A stretch of 64,000 bases of DNA from the NCBI GenBank assembly GCA_031459385.1, contig JAVKIP010000010.1, positions 1-64,000 on the forward strand, written 5' to 3'. This DNA is from Candidatus Fervidifonticultor secundus (GTDB lineage: Bacteria > Sysuimicrobiota > Sysuimicrobiia > Sysuimicrobiales > Humicultoraceae). Each line of letters starts with the position of its first letter. The stretch's first letter is position 1. The notes under the pieces were generated by a model. The model was not told where the DNA came from. It did not search any database and was given only the letters and a program-made list of their open reading frames with translations. The translations under genes and the position numbers were made by a program. This document shows, in pieces, positions 59,985 through 64,000 of the stretch.

Positions 59985-60641
59985 CTACCCGGCCTCCAGC
60001 CGCTCGACCGCGGCGGCCAGTACGCGCTCCTGCCGCGCCCGCACCCGCAGCAGCGCTGCTGCCAGCACCAGGAACGCGGCGATGTTGACGACCAGGGGCG
60101 CCAGCATGCTCGGCGGCAGGGCTGGGCCCTCGGGGCGGAACACCGTGGCCTGCGGGTGCAGCGTACGCAGCCAGACCACGGACCAGTGGATCAGCGGGAC
60201 GTCCAGCAGGCCCACGATCCCCAGCACCGCGGCGGCACGCGCGCCGCGCTCGCCCGGGGCCCATACCCGCAGCGCCAGATACCCCACGTAGACGAACCAG
60301 AGGACGAGCGTCGTGGTCAGGCGCGCGTCCCAGGTCCACCAGACGCCCCACACCGGCCGGCCCCACAGCGCGCCGGTCGCCAGCGTGAGGGTGATGAACA
60401 GCACGGCGACCTCGGCCGCGCCCAGCGCCAGGTGGTCCCACGACGGGTCGCGCCGCCACAGGAAGAGCGCACTCGCCACGCCCACCACGCCCAACGCCAG
60501 GTAGGCGGTGAGCACGCTGGGCACGTGCACGTACATGATGCGCTGCGGGATTCCCTGGATGGCTTCGTCCGGCGCCAGCGCCAGGGCCCAGGTCATGCCC
60601 ACCACGACCAGGGCCACACCGAGGATCAGCAGCAACCGCAC
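59985..60641 (-). CDS. ccmC: Heme exporter/WWD protein CcmC
   Basis: RIMYVHVP, WGRPVWGVWWTWDARLT, RTLHP; start uncertain. Confidence 0.95.
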   Translation of the reverse strand: MRLLLILGVALVVVGMTWALALAPDEAIQGIPQRIMYVHVPSVLTAYLALGVVGVASALFLWRRDPSWDHLALGAAEVAVLFITLTLATGALWGRPVWGVWWTWDARLTTTLVLWFVYVGYLALRVWAPGERGARAAAVLGIVGLLDVPLIHWSVVWLRTLHPQATVFRPEGPALPPSMLAPLVVNIAAFLVLAAALLRVRARQERVLAAAVERLEAG

Positions 60642-60669
60642 GAGGGCGCCCCGGACCGGAGGTGAGCGG

Positions 60670-61317
60670 TCATTCCTCGACGAGGTGGTCGAACAGCAGC
60701 ACGCTGGCTGCGGCAAAGAGCATAGCAAAGGCCCCCAGCAACTGCAATTGCGGTGCCACGGCCCGCAGCGGTGCGCCGTCCAGGATCTGGGCGGTGGCCG
60801 CCGTGGCCGCGGCGAGTACGGGCAGCGCCACCGGGAGCAGCAGCACCGGCAGCAGCGCCTCGCGCAGCCGCGTGAAGGTCACCAGGCCGCCGAACAGGGT
60901 GCCGGCCGCGGCCAGCCCGGCTCCGCCCAGGCCCAGGACCGGCGCCAGCCGCAGCGCGTGGCGCCAGACGGCCTCGGAGTAGAGCACCGCAAACGCCGGC
61001 AGCGAGATGATCTGCACGGCTGCCAGCGCCGCCCAGCTGGCCAGGGCCTTGGCGAGCACGACGGTGCCGCCGTCGACCGGGGCCAGGCGCAGCGCGGTCA
61101 GGTGGTCACGCTCGAGCGCGAACAGGCGCGCAAAGGCCAGCGTCGCCGCGAACGCGTAGGTGACCCACATGGCCACCGCCGCGGCGCCGGGCTCTCCCCG
61201 CAGCGCGGCCAGCACCACCACCAGCAGCAGCGCCAGCAGCGCCATGGCGCCGACCAGCTCGCGGGTGCGCCACTCCACGCGCAGGTCCTTCACCAGCAGC
61301 AGCCAGAGGGTCTTCAC
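60670..61317 (-). CDS. ccmB: Heme exporter permease CcmB
   Basis: KDLRVEWRT, FALE, REALLPVLLLP. Confidence 0.92.
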   Translation of the reverse strand: MKTLWLLLVKDLRVEWRTRELVGAMALLALLLVVVLAALRGEPGAAAVAMWVTYAFAATLAFARLFALERDHLTALRLAPVDGGTVVLAKALASWAALAAVQIISLPAFAVLYSEAVWRHALRLAPVLGLGGAGLAAAGTLFGGLVTFTRLREALLPVLLLPVALPVLAAATAATAQILDGAPLRAVAPQLQLLGAFAMLFAAASVLLFDHLVEE

Positions 61318-62021
61318 AGCCGCGCCTCGCGGAACCAGCCGGCCAGCGCGGCGTCGTCGAGCGCGGTTGCCGGGTCCACCGGCACCAGGCGGCCTCCGCG
61401 CAGCACCACCGCCCGGTCGGCGAGGGCGCGGGCCTGTGCGGGGTCGTGGGTCGCGAAGATCACCGTGCGCGCGGCGCGGCCTGCGCGCAGCACCGCGGCC
61501 ACGCGCGCCGCGGCCTCCAGGTCGAGGCCCGTGAACGGCTCGTCCAGCAGCAGGAGGGCCGGGTCGTGGAGCAGCGCCCGGGCCACGTCGGCCTGCTGGC
61601 GCTGCCCCCGCGAGAGCACGCGCGCCCGCCGCCCGCGCAGGGCGTCGAGCCCGAGCGCCTGCAGCGTTTCGGCGACCCGCACGGGCGGCAGCCCGTAGAG
61701 CCCGGCGAAGAAGCGCAGGTTCTCTTCCACTGTCAGCCCGTCGTAGAGCAGGGACTCGTGCGGCACCAGCGCCAGCCGGCGCCGCACCTGGGCGGGCGGC
61801 GCTCCCGGCTCCCCGAACCAGACGACCCCGCCACGGGTGGGCCGCAGCACGGTGGCCAGGATGCGCAGCAGCGTGGACTTGCCCGAGCCGTTCGCGCCCA
61901 GCACCGCCACGGTCTCCCCGGCACGGACGCAAAGGTCCACGCCGCGCAGGACGACCCGGTGGTCGAAGGTCCTGACGACGCCCGCCGCCTCGACCACGCG
62001 GGCCGGGCCGTCGGCCGTCAC
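61314..62021 (-). CDS. ccmA: Heme ABC exporter ATPase CcmA
   Basis: GANGSGKS, LSRGQRQ, LLLDEPFTGLD; upstream of ccmB. Confidence 0.9.
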   Translation of the reverse strand: MTADGPARVVEAAGVVRTFDHRVVLRGVDLCVRAGETVAVLGANGSGKSTLLRILATVLRPTRGGVVWFGEPGAPPAQVRRRLALVPHESLLYDGLTVEENLRFFAGLYGLPPVRVAETLQALGLDALRGRRARVLSRGQRQQADVARALLHDPALLLLDEPFTGLDLEAAARVAAVLRAGRAARTVIFATHDPAQARALADRAVVLRGGRLVPVDPATALDDAALAGWFREARL

Positions 62022-62028
62022 CCGCGCC

Positions 62029-63639
62029 TCACCTGCGGGCCCCGGCGGGCGCGCTGTCGTCGGCCAGCAGGTCCACCAGGCGGTCGACAGCCTCCACCGG
62101 AAAGAGCAGGAACGGATAGGTGCGTGCCGTGGTCGCCTCGGCGTCCTGCTCCAGGCGGTCGAGGCGCCGCAGCGCGTCCTGCACCGCCGCCACTCGATCT
62201 GCGACCTGTACCCGGAGGATCTCGTTGATCTCGCGGATCCGCTGCGTGGCCTGCCGCCGCTCGCGGCGCGTGCGGGCCTCCCCGCGCTCCAGCCGGCGGA
62301 TCAGGGCCCACTTCTCCTCGACCAGGGCCCGGTGCGGGCCATCGTGGGCCGGGAGGAACCGGTCGGGGTTGTGCTGCAGGTCGAGCAGCTGGCGGTGGAG
62401 CCGGCGCCGCTCGTCGGCCGGATGCGCGCCGCTGGCGAACGGCAGCCACAGCGTTGCGGTCACCGTGGCGTAGGGCGGCGGCGCCACGCCGAAGAAGGCG
62501 CGCGCGATGGCATCGGTGGCCCGGTCGTAGCGCCCGCCGCCGATGCCGTGGATGAACAGGTCGGCCACCCCCAGGCGCACGAAGGCCGTGAGCGTCAGCG
62601 CCCGGGGCCGGATCGGCAACGCCGCGAACGCCGGCTCGTCGGGGTCCTGGGGGACCAAGCCCACCGGCTCGGCCTCGGCCAGGAGCCGGCCTGTGGCGAC
62701 CTCCACCATCAGCGGCCGGCGCCGGCCGTGCCGGACGACCCAGAAGGGCGCCTCGACCACACCGTCCTGAATGAGCAGATCGGGAAACGGCTGGGCGGTG
62801 GTGCGCACGCCGTAGTGCTCCCGGTACGCGGCGAGCGCCGCGTTGTGCACCTCGGCAAAGTGTCGGGCGTCCTGCACGATGGCCCAGCAGAAGCGGCGAA
62901 ACGCCGCGCTCCGGTGCAGCCGGGAGACGGGCAGGTCCAGATAGGGGCGCGGTCCCTCCAGCGCGCGCCGGACGAACGTCACGGCACCGGCCAGCCCCGC
63001 AGTCGTAGGAGGAGGCGGCAGCGCCAGCGTCCGCTCCCAGCCGGCCAGCACGGCGGGGACGGCGACGGTCCGGATTCGGGCGTCGATCTCGGCGAGGAAG
63101 GCGCGCCACTGCGCTGGCGTCGGCGCCGGCATCGCCTCGGCGGGCACGTCGGGCGCTGCCTCGGCCAGCACCACACGCGCACGGACCAGCCGGCCATCGG
63201 CGACGCATGGCACCTCGGCCGCGACCACGTCCAGCGCGTCGCTGTCCACGACGCAGTGGAGCCCCACGCCGCCCGCGGGCACCAGCCGGCTCATGGCCAG
63301 CACCTTGATCCAGATGCCCGGATGGGCCAGCACGGGCTGGTGGCCGGTGGCCAGCAACGGCCCGGCGTCGGCCGGGCCAGCCGGCGACGCGCCCGCCCGC
63401 GGCGCACTGATCCCCAGGCTGCGGGTGTAGGCCTCGGCCAGGGCCAGCACCTCGGCCCGCGCCTGGCGCCGCCACGCCCCCAGCGCCACGCCCCCGATGG
63501 CGACGGCGGTGCCGGCCAGCCGGGCGTCGGCGTCGCGCGCCATGGCGAGCCACTGGCCGAACGGCGGGGCTGCCGCGGCCGCAGGCGAAGTGGCGGGGAT
63601 CTCGAGCTCGAAGGCGGGCCAGGCGATCGGCGCCGTCAT
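62029..63639 (-). CDS. Conserved hypothetical protein, distantly BshC-like
   Basis: ATGHQP, VDSD, RPRALT, FIHGIGGGRYD, C-terminal coiled coil; TAATG overlap with bshB1. Confidence 0.6.
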   Translation of the reverse strand: MTAPIAWPAFELEIPATSPAAAAAPPFGQWLAMARDADARLAGTAVAIGGVALGAWRRQARAEVLALAEAYTRSLGISAPRAGASPAGPADAGPLLATGHQPVLAHPGIWIKVLAMSRLVPAGGVGLHCVVDSDALDVVAAEVPCVADGRLVRARVVLAEAAPDVPAEAMPAPTPAQWRAFLAEIDARIRTVAVPAVLAGWERTLALPPPPTTAGLAGAVTFVRRALEGPRPYLDLPVSRLHRSAAFRRFCWAIVQDARHFAEVHNAALAAYREHYGVRTTAQPFPDLLIQDGVVEAPFWVVRHGRRRPLMVEVATGRLLAEAEPVGLVPQDPDEPAFAALPIRPRALTLTAFVRLGVADLFIHGIGGGRYDRATDAIARAFFGVAPPPYATVTATLWLPFASGAHPADERRRLHRQLLDLQHNPDRFLPAHDGPHRALVEEKWALIRRLERGEARTRRERRQATQRIREINEILRVQVADRVAAVQDALRRLDRLEQDAEATTARTYPFLLFPVEAVDRLVDLLADDSAPAGARR

Positions 63640-64000
63640 TAGATCAGCCCATCCCACCGCGCCACCCCGATCACCTCGCGGCAGGCGAACGGTTCGCCGA
63701 ACGGCCGGCCGATGAGCTGGCCGTAGTAGGCGCACTCCGTGCGGATGGCGTCGAGAATCCAGCTGGTGCCGCGGGAGTCGTTGAACTGCGAAGCGTAGGC
63801 GGCGACCGCAGCCATCTTCGTGTCCATGTACGGCGTGATGTCCACGACGAACGCCGGCTGCGCGTGCAGCCGGTAGTGCGTGCTGAAGAAATGGTAGACG
63901 CGCTGGGGGTAGTACGGCTCGCCGCGCATGTCGGTCTTGGTCAGCTTGGCCCAGAACCGCGCCGCCTCGCCGATGGCACACGCCGCCACGTGGTCGGGGT
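63639..64000 (-). CDS. bshB1: PIG-L family deacetylase, BshB1-like (5' truncated by window edge)
   Basis: PDH at the edge, FVVDIT, KMAAVAAYASQF, YYGQLIG..FGEPF. Confidence 0.78.
   Translation of the reverse strand, partial: PDHVAACAIGEAARFWAKLTKTDMRGEPYYPQRVYHFFSTHYRLHAQPAFVVDITPYMDTKMAAVAAYASQFNDSRGTSWILDAIRTECAYYGQLIGRPFGEPFACREVIGVARWDGLI

Overview
High-GC bacterial chromosomal window with about 65 genes, most on the minus strand. The taxon cannot be fixed from the sequence; gene content is compatible with an Armatimonadota-like or related lineage (inference only). From left to right: (1) a crotonase and a class V aminotransferase; (2) a phosphate locus with a DUF47/PhoU-like domain fused to an OmpR/PhoB-type winged helix, 11-bp-periodic Pho-box-like repeats, pstSCAB and a probable phoU remnant; (3) a KimA/YdaO-type transporter; (4) a compositionally distinct ~12.5 kb amide/ureide catabolic island (four C-N hydrolase families, urea/amide-type ABC transporter, cytoplasmic AmiC-like protein, LysR) ending at the 3' end of tmRNA (tag ANNQYALAA); (5) chrA and a housekeeping run (sua5, purKE, smpB, rsfS, nadD, obg, rpmA, rplU, rne/rng, rodA, mrdA, mreBCD, radC, maf, tatAC); (6) a folate cluster whose FolD lacks cyclohydrolase residues and sits beside a stand-alone cyclohydrolase; (7) a respiratory operon; (8) ccm genes and a bshB1 plus BshC-like pair. 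The strongest candidate for an undescribed system is the respiratory operon. It encodes a Rieske/cytochrome b complex with two complementary cytochrome b paralogues. One keeps a Qo-type motif and the heme bL ligands but has lost both bH ligands. The other keeps all four His, lacks the Qo motif, carries a 2x[4Fe-4S] ferredoxin domain and is coupled to an MvhD-like gene. This suggests an asymmetric heterodimer linking the quinone pool to cytoplasmic Fe-S carriers. Start codons were chosen by eye from RBS and stop/start overlaps, and family calls come from motif recognition, not database searches.
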